Origin: a virus
IMG/VR virus record: IMGVR_UViG_3300030333_008604
Coordinates: 58,943-122,942 of that record
Length of the DNA stretch: 64,000 nt
Strand: one strand, 5' to 3'
The position numbers and the translations under genes were made by a program. Under the pieces are notes generated by a model. The model did no database searches, was not told where the DNA came from, and saw only the letters and a program-made list of their open reading frames with translations. This document shows positions 22,501 through 31,900 of this stretch, one piece after another (within the stretch, counting starts at the first letter, position 1; each line of letters starts with the position of its first letter).

Positions 22501-22960
22501 CAATATTAACGACATTTTTGATCTTTCGCTTCCGGGGGGCGGCACGGCCGATCTTTCTAGTGCCGGTTTGGCAAACTTTTTGTCTCCAATGGCGTTAAAA
22601 GGAAATTATGGTATTGATCCTGAGTATGTTGAGATGTTGGGCGACTATCCAAACTCAAGTGCTGAGTTTTATAGTCGCCTTCGGTGGATGACTTTCAAAA
22701 TTAAACAGCGCGCTCATAAAAATTATGAAATGTACCGTTATAGACACATTGAGAACGCAATAATGGACAATTTAGACGCCAAGGGAGAGTCCTCTTTGAT
22801 TACAAATAGTCGTTTCAACCCTGGTGATCAAGCTTCATTGTCTGGAATTAGCCTGGAACCTACTTATTTTAGTGACGTATATGGGATGAATTGGCCATAT
22901 GATTATTTTTCGCTGGTGGAGAAATTAAAAATTGAAGCTGAATTTAAGGTGGACGAATAA
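16541..22960 (+). CDS. Giant hypothetical virion structural protein
   Basis: 2139-aa ORF with SD (GGAGTTGAGG), in the baseplate/tail cluster; no catalytic motif recognised. Confidence 0.72.
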   Translation: MAISGSLNFITASEFGSYLKPGSDANRRFGLDKNDAQLDGSTRNGFIPTDFVGLNTNIHEPFDLNSSFLGYTSSYSIMSYVNVGTDGNDTTKDGSSQGYGGFINVNYQADEAGDLGFSTAYIFNALMLHRNGPYQRPMWQQFRDASHPIARYLRLHNTMSISSKSPWNMADPANKANAPLQQHQWGKHNEHDPTTPKSNYADNFILFQTLDKYSTTVKFYESAVVSNHLPLKYTVNIGDSPAIVRQTLFNELTYFTNEDLNKKLKLSDGKPPNVFDNVNDFYIKRPMEPYRMLQAAKQIDGMRDVTLKERIYPREVNTYRPTTRKKDLYDEVAGTDFKGYDRVSYRTFWRDSQANRARTDDACLNSQGYNQRIPFQDYIARSGSQGDNSLKNYMCSNQYYMSGSVPFVAAGVVTWQRESEHVKYPPSGSSVFGQQREMYQPYQIALNSMWPLDVRSDIYDRPYYLAAVHNSGTHSDFSDGPSVAIGLSPLAPAALMSSRSFAAAVTSSITRSAGELVYSTKPTILYWAQQINATSFVHEGHPTVSGKSADDTAQEVPIARVSGSRARNRGLSVSGDTHTGGLTLGSTGDHPSQYNANFSFTGSSYGSLRDGYHAATASLQFLRHAYPYQTPYWAAHLISERNPMYDSYEDFSQDLYYIGKDYSIVPEFRYSEHYDYYTPRFGMFTSPNLKMFGLDTDKGYKAFKRNYSKLIEPKVNFLTIDGVDLQQTQTDFSSGPQNKYEFKTQFYELDDLDYTSNTLAIVDTPDKSYKAYPQSVEFHGKYTETEPATNFSYLLRLGDNFTDGEETIPSRITLKFMAIKKLLPYNGFYPVSRTVQIGTHLSQAFGSYLTGTNNEDLYTNYPGAALIQASGTLQAARLQALLEPLMAPGLLYNSIKSGIAVNHPIYRSYKDGAPEQEFPMKYFGPRQPNWYGEELGAEDPAVTNVGHSTNRFGFSDKLGQVARHLCISKASSTYGEGIQPHSKAAATPPESATGNYSLEVFTNNMELAANDSHGLHYHADFVGLGHGSMMGVASAMPTFLKVSASFKLPFEALYTPSLLKQAFKSDNDGEVQNASYLPYDFIDEARARELRSTFGETVTNAKLRGAKGSRTSESSWTPLWNPDASFSFGAILGGPVQRTSLKRYQSSMSNFLCETMDFFLEGGDAKFPVIQSNPIYGGIELEPKTYTMDVQLHQAKDHVLCEGPRLASLNTEYGKKHVRAPNTGPDRVTSGSAMMRGALFGPPVQIIEPLKIDETNLRYTYIPNIFKISNDSGPANGDEIRFCVNYHNARFNINSAWDDAVNDTRTGDGDNPGWVTIRFVTNLTSGDITTDNLIEVKIGSTTAETAQRAVNAINGVDLTGADMSDYYKTGADIYAPYGSGHSTYGSLGRAKARGFSATQDSTYPGVYIPPFGILATTGSTSTSWISIWSTIPHPVTRLSGNIGSESSHATAPYIGFDQKDASSSNRMLNSSALTSTSIGWVSGGMPASSLALGTSYLYGAAAGVPWEKLGETQFGYYDSSMKAVNSASSELYYNLQDPAYQAYTPPYFYGPSSAVISFKAEGTTNYKLSEIVSNTRSNSYYFEEYYKDLCPRMPSTGSLSSGSMNRMKIEASVDIWESTKGNEGKNNIFTLKAREDEPEKEGEVWWMAPKWMAPVLDMSEDSVPYRKTTRYQKNGDVLQSDKVTEVVTSSGTQYYGHRTGRSIWMGYGYDPYDEDLIEAVHGEGHEKEKGIWLTVKDVNIGVSGDQATTPGFVTDIGSNTALAATRESAFGNQDTASLGDALGFHDAGSGMTYPLGRMNNAKLVSEAVVAIPYFEKGFQKRVNFPGEHYDSTIYGTVEILPGKHFLRIWNPLFERMLSRLLAQRNAKVKAGVSLQEFYQKFNTSEIAIKEIRKTDLGKMIATLIGDVNAFDPASAPEFEAVSYVLPPEMDFIHNKAVTPFQMLIAPFYQFLDKQDLTNIYQGLMPDCSMRAEKDFVKITTSPGRGSANINDIFDLSLPGGGTADLSSAGLANFLSPMALKGNYGIDPEYVEMLGDYPNSSAEFYSRLRWMTFKIKQRAHKNYEMYRYRHIENAIMDNLDAKGESSLITNSRFNPGDQASLSGISLEPTYFSDVYGMNWPYDYFSLVEKLKIEAEFKVDE

Positions 22961-23946
22961 TGGAGTTTTTTAACAAAAAACAAGACGTAATTGACATACA
23001 AATAACTCCTTTTGGGCGACACTTAATGTCTAGGGGCGTTTTCAACCCAGTGTATTATTCTTTTCACGATGATGCAGTTCTGTATAACTCTGAAAAGGGG
23101 GGCTTTTCTGAGGAACAATCAGACTCCCAGGCCAGAATTAAAGAAACGCCGCTAGTGAAAAGCGCGACGACATTTTCTTCTCTTGAGAAGAAATTTGCAT
23201 ATCAATATGGCCAAAAAATATTTGAGTCTAAAAAGTTTGATTCGAAAGCGATGCAGCCAACTTCAGAAAAGATGTACTCGCTCTGGACCTCGATCGGCAC
23301 CAGCGACCTAAATAGTGATCCCGCGCCAGCAGTGCACCTAACTTTCCTAAAAGGCAACATGAGCGGGTCTTTTTCAAAAACCTGGAATTTAAAAGGCCAG
23401 GATGGTGGTATCAATACGCGGCACATTCCACAACTTAAGGCTGATATCGAAATTGAATATAAAAATATATCACCCAATGACGACGCGTTCTACGAGTATG
23501 AGACAGGCGTCGGATATGATTTCGCGCTAGTGACCCCACCAAACGAGGCTTATTTTTTAATAAAAGTGGGCGAAGAATTTGCTCCATATCAAAAAGAAAA
23601 TTTTGACATTGAAGTTTTTGAAATAGTGGAGAACGAGGCGGGAGATTTGACGGAGCAGGTCTTGCGACAATTATCTTTTTATCCAAAAGAAACAGAAAAC
23701 GAAATTTTTAGTTGGTTGGACGAACCCACGCCACAAGACGACCCAAATTACGTTAACCATTATTTTGACCTACTTGTAGACTCAGAAATAGACGACAAGA
23801 TTATATGTTCTCTTGATCCTGTTTCGAAAACAAAGGGTCATTTTGCAGACAGAAAAACAGAATTCTGCAACGATCTTCTAGACGACGAGGTCAAAACTTA
23901 TGATATATACGAAAAAGAAGTTGACGACCCAGGGGAGGTATGCTAG
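22960..23946 (+). CDS. Hypothetical virion/baseplate protein
   Basis: 328 aa, TAATG-coupled. N-terminus (IDIQITPFGRHLMSRG...YYSFHDD) resembles that of ORF 32126 (LDAVLTDTGRLRLSQG...FALGDD). Confidence 0.7.
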   Translation: MEFFNKKQDVIDIQITPFGRHLMSRGVFNPVYYSFHDDAVLYNSEKGGFSEEQSDSQARIKETPLVKSATTFSSLEKKFAYQYGQKIFESKKFDSKAMQPTSEKMYSLWTSIGTSDLNSDPAPAVHLTFLKGNMSGSFSKTWNLKGQDGGINTRHIPQLKADIEIEYKNISPNDDAFYEYETGVGYDFALVTPPNEAYFLIKVGEEFAPYQKENFDIEVFEIVENEAGDLTEQVLRQLSFYPKETENEIFSWLDEPTPQDDPNYVNHYFDLLVDSEIDDKIICSLDPVSKTKGHFADRKTEFCNDLLDDEVKTYDIYEKEVDDPGEVC

Positions 23947-23949
23947 ACT

Positions 23950-26900
23950 ATGTCAGACGCTCTTGATTATTTAGTTGGCGATCTTGTACCTGCAGTTAGG
24001 ATAAGGAAGATTTTTATTGAAGAATCCTCTAACGAAGATAGGCCAATTCTTGTGCGAGTCAAGCTGGGGCTTTACATTAAAAAAGATCAACTTTTGGAAA
24101 AAAGTTGGCTAGCTAATGTTCCCTTGCCAAGCCCTGACATGGACGCGTCAAATATTTTAGATGCCATGTTTTTGCGCAAAGCACGTATTTTTGGCCTCTC
24201 CAACATCAACAATTTGCGTTATTCTAATCAGGCTGCTATTGAAAATGCGCCAACAGGCGTACATCGGGCCTCAAACCGAGAAAATAGCGGCGTCTGGATG
24301 GGTCATGGCCAAAATCCTCACATTGTTCCCGACCCCAGCGCACCCGTAGGCCCCCATGATCTTTCTGGTCATGCCTCTGGATTAAAACACGTTGAAAATC
24401 TGGAAGGTGGCCACCAAGGTACCGTCTATGGCGCCGCTGCTGCAAATCAAGTTGAAATTGAGGACGTCTCCGTCAAAGTTGGCTCTATCGCCGGCAATCT
24501 CAACGTTTCGGCGCTTGATACTGCCGGCACGGCTCAGGATGTGCTAGGCCCACAAGTCGCCGAGGGCAAGATATTTGAAGAAGTGAAAAATGGCGTAATG
24601 TATTACGTAATTCCATTTGAAGATACATATACTCTGCGCGAAGGTTTTAACGAAAATGGAGATAAGCACCTTTCTGAAAGAATCGCTCATGAATATTTTG
24701 GCGTTGCTTATTATTGCTATCTTGATGTCAATAGTATTCTAGATCTTGGACTAGACGAGTCAGTTATACAGGGCCAGGCAACGTCTGCGATTGTCTTTAG
24801 AGACGGCCAAATACCACAGACGCGACAGGTGTTGCGCGATGAAAATGGAAAAGTGCATCATGGCGATTGGCATTTCCATTTTCCTCCTTATGCGGCCGTC
24901 GACCAAATTGGCTTGTCCGGTCCCGCACCTGATGGATACATCGGATACATGGCAGGGAGATCACACGTAGGTTCTCGCTACCAACCAAAACTAACTCTTG
25001 TAGATTCGCCAAATTATTTAATCACGAATGCTCGAAACAGAATAAACGAAATTAAATTGGCTAGTGGTGTCTTTTCTGGTGTGCCTGGTAGCGTCTTCCA
25101 GACAAAACCATCAGCACTTACGGGAGTTTCTGTTAGTGTGTCAGATTTGCAGACAAAAGCTGGAGAAATTTCGAAAACAGCCACTGCAGCGGTCGCAGCC
25201 ACTCTTGCTGAAGCCGGGGGTGTTGGAGCGTCTGCTACTCATCCTGCCGGCACAAGTGGCTTCGCCGGTCCTTTTGGCATGACACCGTGGGAAAAATCAA
25301 ATAAAAGAAATATAGTAAAAGATAACGATGCCGAATTTTCTAAATTATATCTTGCAAGAAGTGTTAGAAACGAAGCCAGGGGCTTCTTTTATATAGACGT
25401 GGCCACTCTACTAAAAAACCAGTCAAAACTTTTTAAAAACTTTGGCGCTCGAATTCAAAATAATTTTGATAATAATCTCACATCGGAGGTCTGGAAACGA
25501 AGCAAGATTTTAGAACTTCGTCTATACAGAGAGCGCGTCGAATTCAAAAAAGGCACAGAAGATTTATATAAAAAGTTCTTACAATACAAACCAGAAGAAG
25601 AACCTAAAAAGCTGATTGGCACGTTAACTCAAGTTGGAATCGGGGGCCTCGGCGGCACAGTTGAGGGGGCAACATCCTGGAGCGCCTTTGTACCCGAAAG
25701 CGTCAACGGTGACAAGTTTTACATAAACGCTACACACGTTCATGCTGAAAATCTCGCTCCAGGCGCGCGACCGCTATATGTTACTTTTCACGACCGCGAA
25801 GTAGATGGGTTTGCTTCTGGTCTTTATATGTACAGCGTCGAGGTGGACTTTCAGGACGGCACTCCACAATTTCTTCACGAGCATTTGCAAGAGTTATTAC
25901 AAATCAGGCTCACGTTGAGTCAATATTTAGAATTTTCCAAGGGGTCAAAGGGCACAGTTATTGCAACTTTTGATCCTAATGGTGAAAGCATAGACAAGAG
26001 GCGAAACATACCGTGGTATAACAGGCATATTCGCGAATTTAGGCCTGATTTCCCTGCAGAGATTGAATCTATAAATAAAAATGCACCAATGTTCAGAATT
26101 AATGAACAGCCAGTATGGCAAGCAGCTGCACAAAAAATAGTCGACTTGCTCAATCTTTTTGTTGATACCGGTGTTAAAGCCGGCCTCAGCGCTCAAATGA
26201 CTCAAGGTGATCTAGACGCCAGCATGTCGGATCTAGCGAATTATCTGGCAGCGATAGCGTCTCCCTACATGGAGGGCAGCCCAGAAGGTATTCAATATTT
26301 GCTAGCTATGGCTGACGAAACATACGAACGATTGTCCAAGCTTTTGCGCGCCCACGAGACAGCAAGTGAGTCGAGCGGCGGCGGAGTCGGCACAGGAGAC
26401 ATCAGTACCCCTAACCAGCTTTCAGTACTGCCAGAAGATTTTTATCAAGTGGCAATAAATCCGGCAAGGTCAATTATTTATGAAAAACACGAATTCGACG
26501 GCCCTGGAGAGTGTTTTCGCGCAGTAACAAATGAATATGCGTACGTAGACTTTCTATCTTTAGACGAAGAAATTGATATATCTCCAACGTATACCTCAAT
26601 TCCAGGAATCGATGCCGGCGACGGTCTTTTGACATTGACGCCCGCGTACTATATGGCTCGATGTCGCATGGATAGCGCAAAAATGTCTATTTTTGCTGTA
26701 AAAGACATATGGTGGGAAGCAAAAGGCGACATGGGCACCAATTTTACAGGCAACATACACCCTTACGCTAAACAGTATTACAACGCCCAAGGTATGGGGT
26801 CTGACGACGGCGCCTTAGAGGAAGTTGGTCAAGATAATTGGGATAGTCTGTCTCGCACAGGTTATTCATATTTGACTCCTTCGATAATCAACATATCAGA

Positions 26901-28902
26901 CCCCGGATCAGGAGATAATGCTTATTCTTTTAGATATTCTGTTTTTCGCGAAAATGTAACAGACTGGCTCCGAGGTTTTAACGAGACCTATGCCCTCAAA
27001 AACCTGGCTAAGAACATGGACAACGAAGATCTTATGCAGAACTGGGCTCTTCAGTATTTGCAATATTCCCCTTTGTGGAAACAAGATTTTTATGATTTTG
27101 GATATCAAGACGATGTGCTCCTGTCTATGATACTTTACAGCAACGACACAGCAGAACAAAATTATATAGATATGGCAAATCCTAATTTTGACATAAGCAA
27201 ATGGGACGAGTTTAAAGAAGAGCCCGACATGCTCCCCGGCGCTCAAAAATATTATAATTCAAAAGGGTTGTATAATAGCTTTTTTAGCTCTCACAATATT
27301 GTAGTTCATAGTGAGGCAGCCTATAATGATATTTTTCTCAAAGAAGCTGGAGCGACACCGTTTCTTTCTGAATCCATGGAGACTTGGAGAAACGAACAAT
27401 ATGGCAAAACCGGGGCATATTTTTCAGACGCAGGCTTGGAAACGCAAGTCTTGTTTAAGAATCTTATAGCAAATCCAGACTATGGCACTGTTTTTACTAA
27501 GGTACCGCGCGGCAACCATGAGCCCTACAACACCTCTGGAATCCCCATGTACTTGACTCAAGGCGGCTGGAGTGGATACGTAGGGGAAGACCAATGGCTT
27601 GGAGGCTACGCGACAGATCAAGGCGATACTATTAAAGAATGGGGCCCCATGACCGGCTATAATGAAATGCTTCCTAATCAGTTTAAACTTTGGTATGCTT
27701 TCAAAAAATATATGGCGAGACTTGATAATAAAAATAATCCTGGAGCATTTCTTGCCGGCATGGCCGGCTCGCAGGATGGAAGAACAATTACTCTATTGAC
27801 AGACGTATACATCCAAGGCCTGGCAGTTGGCGATACCTGGGTTTCAATGCTTCCTGACGCGTACGTCGAAGGCGCAGATGTTGTCAAACCTGATCAGCAC
27901 GCAAATGGCTTTAAGTTTCTAAATTTTAATATGACAGCTAAAATCGAAGTATTTACTGGATATGGAGAAATGGAAACAATATGCTCTACAACTGGCCGGG
28001 TAATAAAAATGCACGCCGCGCAGGATGATAGATGGGCGCTGCTAACAACAGAAAGGCTCCGAGGCGCTTCAATGGGAAGCTATACCACAGCAGCGGGGGG
28101 CTCTGGTGTTGCTGATGCTGATTTTATTCACCCTCTTTTGTGTAGAATAAGCTATTTTGATCCCACTTTGGTTGGAAATGTTGAAAATATTCCGGTTTTA
28201 AACAGCTATTTCTTTATTGATAAAAGTGGTGCTCCTGTACCACCCTATGTGGAGCCTGATTTCGGTGATTTGTACGATCAAAGTCCAGAAGAATGGTATG
28301 GCGAAAATCACGAAGAAGTTGAAGAATGGATCACCATGTTAGAAAAAGGCCAACAATCAGAAGGTCAAGCAACTGGAGAAATGGGCGCTTTTATGGACAT
28401 GGGCGAAAACCAAGGTGGCGGAACTTCTCTGGGTGTTGGAATCGACATTTTTGGCGGCGGCGAGCCCGATCCCGATGCCGGCACCGGCACCGGAGTCGGG
28501 ATACCCGTTATACCAACTGATGGCACGCCCGGCGGAGGTATGGGCGGTCCTGGCGGAGGCCCGTTTGGCGGCTTGATATGGCCAGTTGGCAACCCGGCTG
28601 GAGGCGGTGGAGTTGGCCCCGCTGGTAGCCCTGCTGGTCCGACAGGAATGCAAGGAATGGATATGGGCGGCGACACCGGTGGCGGCGCTGAGGGGATTTC
28701 AACAGCACTTATCGGCGCTGGCCTTCTTATGGCAATGGGTCAAGCCAATATGGGCGTCGGAGCCGACGGTGGTGGCTTAGCAACAGAAGGCGTGGGTATG
28801 GATGCCGGAGGCACCGATTTAGACGCTGCTGGAACAGGAATGCAGGGCGCAGCAGCTACTATGGCTGGATTTGGACAAAACAACAACGACGCTGGCTATT
28901 AG
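23950..28902 (+). CDS. Large hypothetical virion protein with a Gly/Met/Pro-rich C-terminal tail
   Basis: 1650-aa ORF; roughly the last 180 aa are low-complexity (GGGMGGPGGGP...). Confidence 0.72.
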   Translation: MSDALDYLVGDLVPAVRIRKIFIEESSNEDRPILVRVKLGLYIKKDQLLEKSWLANVPLPSPDMDASNILDAMFLRKARIFGLSNINNLRYSNQAAIENAPTGVHRASNRENSGVWMGHGQNPHIVPDPSAPVGPHDLSGHASGLKHVENLEGGHQGTVYGAAAANQVEIEDVSVKVGSIAGNLNVSALDTAGTAQDVLGPQVAEGKIFEEVKNGVMYYVIPFEDTYTLREGFNENGDKHLSERIAHEYFGVAYYCYLDVNSILDLGLDESVIQGQATSAIVFRDGQIPQTRQVLRDENGKVHHGDWHFHFPPYAAVDQIGLSGPAPDGYIGYMAGRSHVGSRYQPKLTLVDSPNYLITNARNRINEIKLASGVFSGVPGSVFQTKPSALTGVSVSVSDLQTKAGEISKTATAAVAATLAEAGGVGASATHPAGTSGFAGPFGMTPWEKSNKRNIVKDNDAEFSKLYLARSVRNEARGFFYIDVATLLKNQSKLFKNFGARIQNNFDNNLTSEVWKRSKILELRLYRERVEFKKGTEDLYKKFLQYKPEEEPKKLIGTLTQVGIGGLGGTVEGATSWSAFVPESVNGDKFYINATHVHAENLAPGARPLYVTFHDREVDGFASGLYMYSVEVDFQDGTPQFLHEHLQELLQIRLTLSQYLEFSKGSKGTVIATFDPNGESIDKRRNIPWYNRHIREFRPDFPAEIESINKNAPMFRINEQPVWQAAAQKIVDLLNLFVDTGVKAGLSAQMTQGDLDASMSDLANYLAAIASPYMEGSPEGIQYLLAMADETYERLSKLLRAHETASESSGGGVGTGDISTPNQLSVLPEDFYQVAINPARSIIYEKHEFDGPGECFRAVTNEYAYVDFLSLDEEIDISPTYTSIPGIDAGDGLLTLTPAYYMARCRMDSAKMSIFAVKDIWWEAKGDMGTNFTGNIHPYAKQYYNAQGMGSDDGALEEVGQDNWDSLSRTGYSYLTPSIINISDPGSGDNAYSFRYSVFRENVTDWLRGFNETYALKNLAKNMDNEDLMQNWALQYLQYSPLWKQDFYDFGYQDDVLLSMILYSNDTAEQNYIDMANPNFDISKWDEFKEEPDMLPGAQKYYNSKGLYNSFFSSHNIVVHSEAAYNDIFLKEAGATPFLSESMETWRNEQYGKTGAYFSDAGLETQVLFKNLIANPDYGTVFTKVPRGNHEPYNTSGIPMYLTQGGWSGYVGEDQWLGGYATDQGDTIKEWGPMTGYNEMLPNQFKLWYAFKKYMARLDNKNNPGAFLAGMAGSQDGRTITLLTDVYIQGLAVGDTWVSMLPDAYVEGADVVKPDQHANGFKFLNFNMTAKIEVFTGYGEMETICSTTGRVIKMHAAQDDRWALLTTERLRGASMGSYTTAAGGSGVADADFIHPLLCRISYFDPTLVGNVENIPVLNSYFFIDKSGAPVPPYVEPDFGDLYDQSPEEWYGENHEEVEEWITMLEKGQQSEGQATGEMGAFMDMGENQGGGTSLGVGIDIFGGGEPDPDAGTGTGVGIPVIPTDGTPGGGMGGPGGGPFGGLIWPVGNPAGGGGVGPAGSPAGPTGMQGMDMGGDTGGGAEGISTALIGAGLLMAMGQANMGVGADGGGLATEGVGMDAGGTDLDAAGTGMQGAAATMAGFGQNNNDAGY

Positions 28903-28918
28903 AAGTAGGAGATGAAGA

Positions 28919-31900
28919 ATGTCTAGTGGCAACATAATCGGAAAAAACAAAATAATGGTTACAGACACCTCCTATGGCGCTCTTCCCGGCGAAGAGTGGT
29001 GGCAGCATGGTCCTGGTATTCATTTGCGCAAAAACCCTGCTACTGGTTATTCGTACGATGACGACAACCCTGCCAAGGACCAAGCTCAAGGTTCTGATTC
29101 TGTAAATCATCTAGCTTCAAACGCCGGCTCTCCAGCGGGCTTGTTTACTCAAGACCGCTTGCGATGCGCTCTTGGAGCTAGTTGGTCTAACAGGTCATCA
29201 ACGCCAAGAAGTTTGCATCATTATCCGGATGGCGAACCGCCCCTCGGGTGGAATAGCGATCCTAATACTGAATACACTTTTGATAATTTACGAGGCGCCT
29301 GGAAAGACTCTGCTATTTTGACAAATACACCTGGCGGTTCTTATGGCGATAAATATAGGGTTTTCTATGGTAAAACTTTGGGCCTTATTTTTTGTAGCGA
29401 TAAGACATCTTTAAGTGGTGCCCCTCAAGGTTTATTAGAACCCAACCCGAACGATTCAATTTGGGAAACAACTAATGCATTTTGGCTGGAAAACAATGTC
29501 CTAACAACAAGAACAGTTGAAATAACAGCCAAAATTGAAATAAATGAAAGCGCCGCTTATAGTTACTGGTGGCCAAGATCTGACGAATCAGAAGGCATCG
29601 AGCGATGGAAGCGTTTAATTCGAAGTGGCAAGGATATGGCTGATGGTACGTATTATCCGCCAATTATTGATGATACAAAAGTGTACAAAGATCACTATCA
29701 CGAGTGTTCATACCCCTTTACAAAAAGTGAAATAAAAAACAACAACATCACCGGAAAGAGCTTGATGGCAGATGTCACAACTTATTATGACAGCGTGATG
29801 GGCTATTCCGGAGGCTCAGGTGGTGCGACACTGGTGCACCCCGATCTTCAATCTTCGGTGATACCTAGATTTTATGAAAATTCAATTGCTAAGGGCGGCA
29901 CGTTTTTTAGTACTTGCTTGCCTAATATTTATGGATTTTTGAGCCTGGTGAACGGAGAGTTTGATCTTGAGAAATTTTATTCCCAAATTTCAGGAATTTC
30001 TCATGGCTCACATCCCGATGGCTACCAAACAATGGATTACGCTGACGAGTGGTACCCTTTTGTACGAGATTTTCCTTTTGAGATGTTGATTACTCTTGGT
30101 GGCCTTGTTGACAAAACAGCGATCCAGTCTGTCTTAGCGTCGAACTCCAATAATACAGCTATTGACTCATATTTTGAAGATTATTTTAATAACCTGGCTT
30201 ATTGGTTTTCAACTTCGCAATCATCTCCCGACATAAAGGAAGATTTTAATTATTATAAGAAGATTTTGTTGGAGTCTAAATTTAAAAATATTATATTCAG
30301 CAGCGGCATGATGCCAACAATGAATATGGTGAACAAATATAAAAAATATTTTCCATTTTATTCAGAATTGCAGTTTTCTACTCAAACACTGACCGGCGTC
30401 GGGGATATGATGGGCAAAATGCTTCAAACAAGTCTGTTTGCTACAAAAATAGCTGAATCAAATTCTTCTAATGTTTGCGCTCGCTGGCACCACGAAGATT
30501 CTCAAAATATAGTTATAACATTTCCTAATTCCGCCACCGTCGGCACATTTGTAAATCACTATCAGCAGGACATATATAGTGACTTTTCTACTGCGACTCC
30601 TGTTTACAGCTCTGGCGATTTAGTAACATCAACTAACAAAGTTTATGATATTTTTAGCATACTCGCAGGCCCCAACGGCGTAATCGAAAGTGACGATTAC
30701 TATGCCGAGCCCGATATCGAAACTCAAGCAGGAAGAGATAGTATAAAAAACTTTACTGCATACTTGAGAGACGAAAAAAGCGAGGCTTCAACTCCTTCTG
30801 AACTAAATAATGCTATTCGAACTTTCTTGGGCAAGGGATTTGGAGCCTACTTGGTGAAGAAATATAAAGAAAATTATCGTGACTATGAAGACATACTTAA
30901 AGGCGTTCCAGCCTACACTGAAGATGTTTTTTATAGAATCGAGAAGTGGGAAAAATTTGTCAGCCAGTCAGATGATGAGTGGAAGCACGTTTCCAACACG
31001 ATCGTACCAAATACCTCTGATTTAAATTTATTTAAATATGTCGATACGCAAGTAAAATACGGAGGAGACACACAACATTATGAAGGTACTGTATATCGTT
31101 ATAATGTTTATGTTTATAGGCTTGTTTTTGGCGCAAAATACAAATATATGTGGCCAGGCGGCAACCCAATTGGCAAAACAGTAACAAACAGAAATGCTAT
31201 AGATTATGCGACCTATCATGCCACGTGTGACGTACTCGTCGCACCCGACTTGGTAATGATTGAGGACTTGTACTTCGCATCACCCGTTGTTTCAGTTCTG
31301 GATTCTCCTCCTCCTCCTCCGCAAGTAAACATAGTCCCGTTCAGGGCTGTTGATAACAAGCTTTTGTTTATGATGAATGGCTCCGTTGACACATATCAAG
31401 ATCACCCAATTTCTATTTTGCCGGCCGACGATTCTGCTTGGCAGAAAGTAAGAGAATCTCAGCTAACATCTACGGAGATTTATGTCGATCCGCTTAGTGA
31501 TGGTACTTATATTGGAGGCCCTAAAATTCAAGCGTCACAAAAGGGGAAAGTTAAATTTTCTTCAGATGATGTCGCAAGCAGCTTTCAGATTTTTAGATCT
31601 TCTACGCCTCCCAAGAGCTATAGAGATTTCGACTTGTATGTGGACAATCTAAACGAAAATACGTTCATAGAAGAGAATATTTTTCCAAATAGAAAATATT
31701 ATTACACATTTAGGTCAATTGACAGTCATGGTCACATGTCGAACCCTACAGCAATTTATGAGGTTGAGTTAATATCTGAGCAGGGCGCTGTAAAGCCCAA
31801 GATAAGACATTATATGTTTCCCGAGCATGCTGCTGAAACCCCTGCAAAGGGTTGTCAAAAATATATTTATATAAAACCTTCCCTAAAGCAGATATACTCT

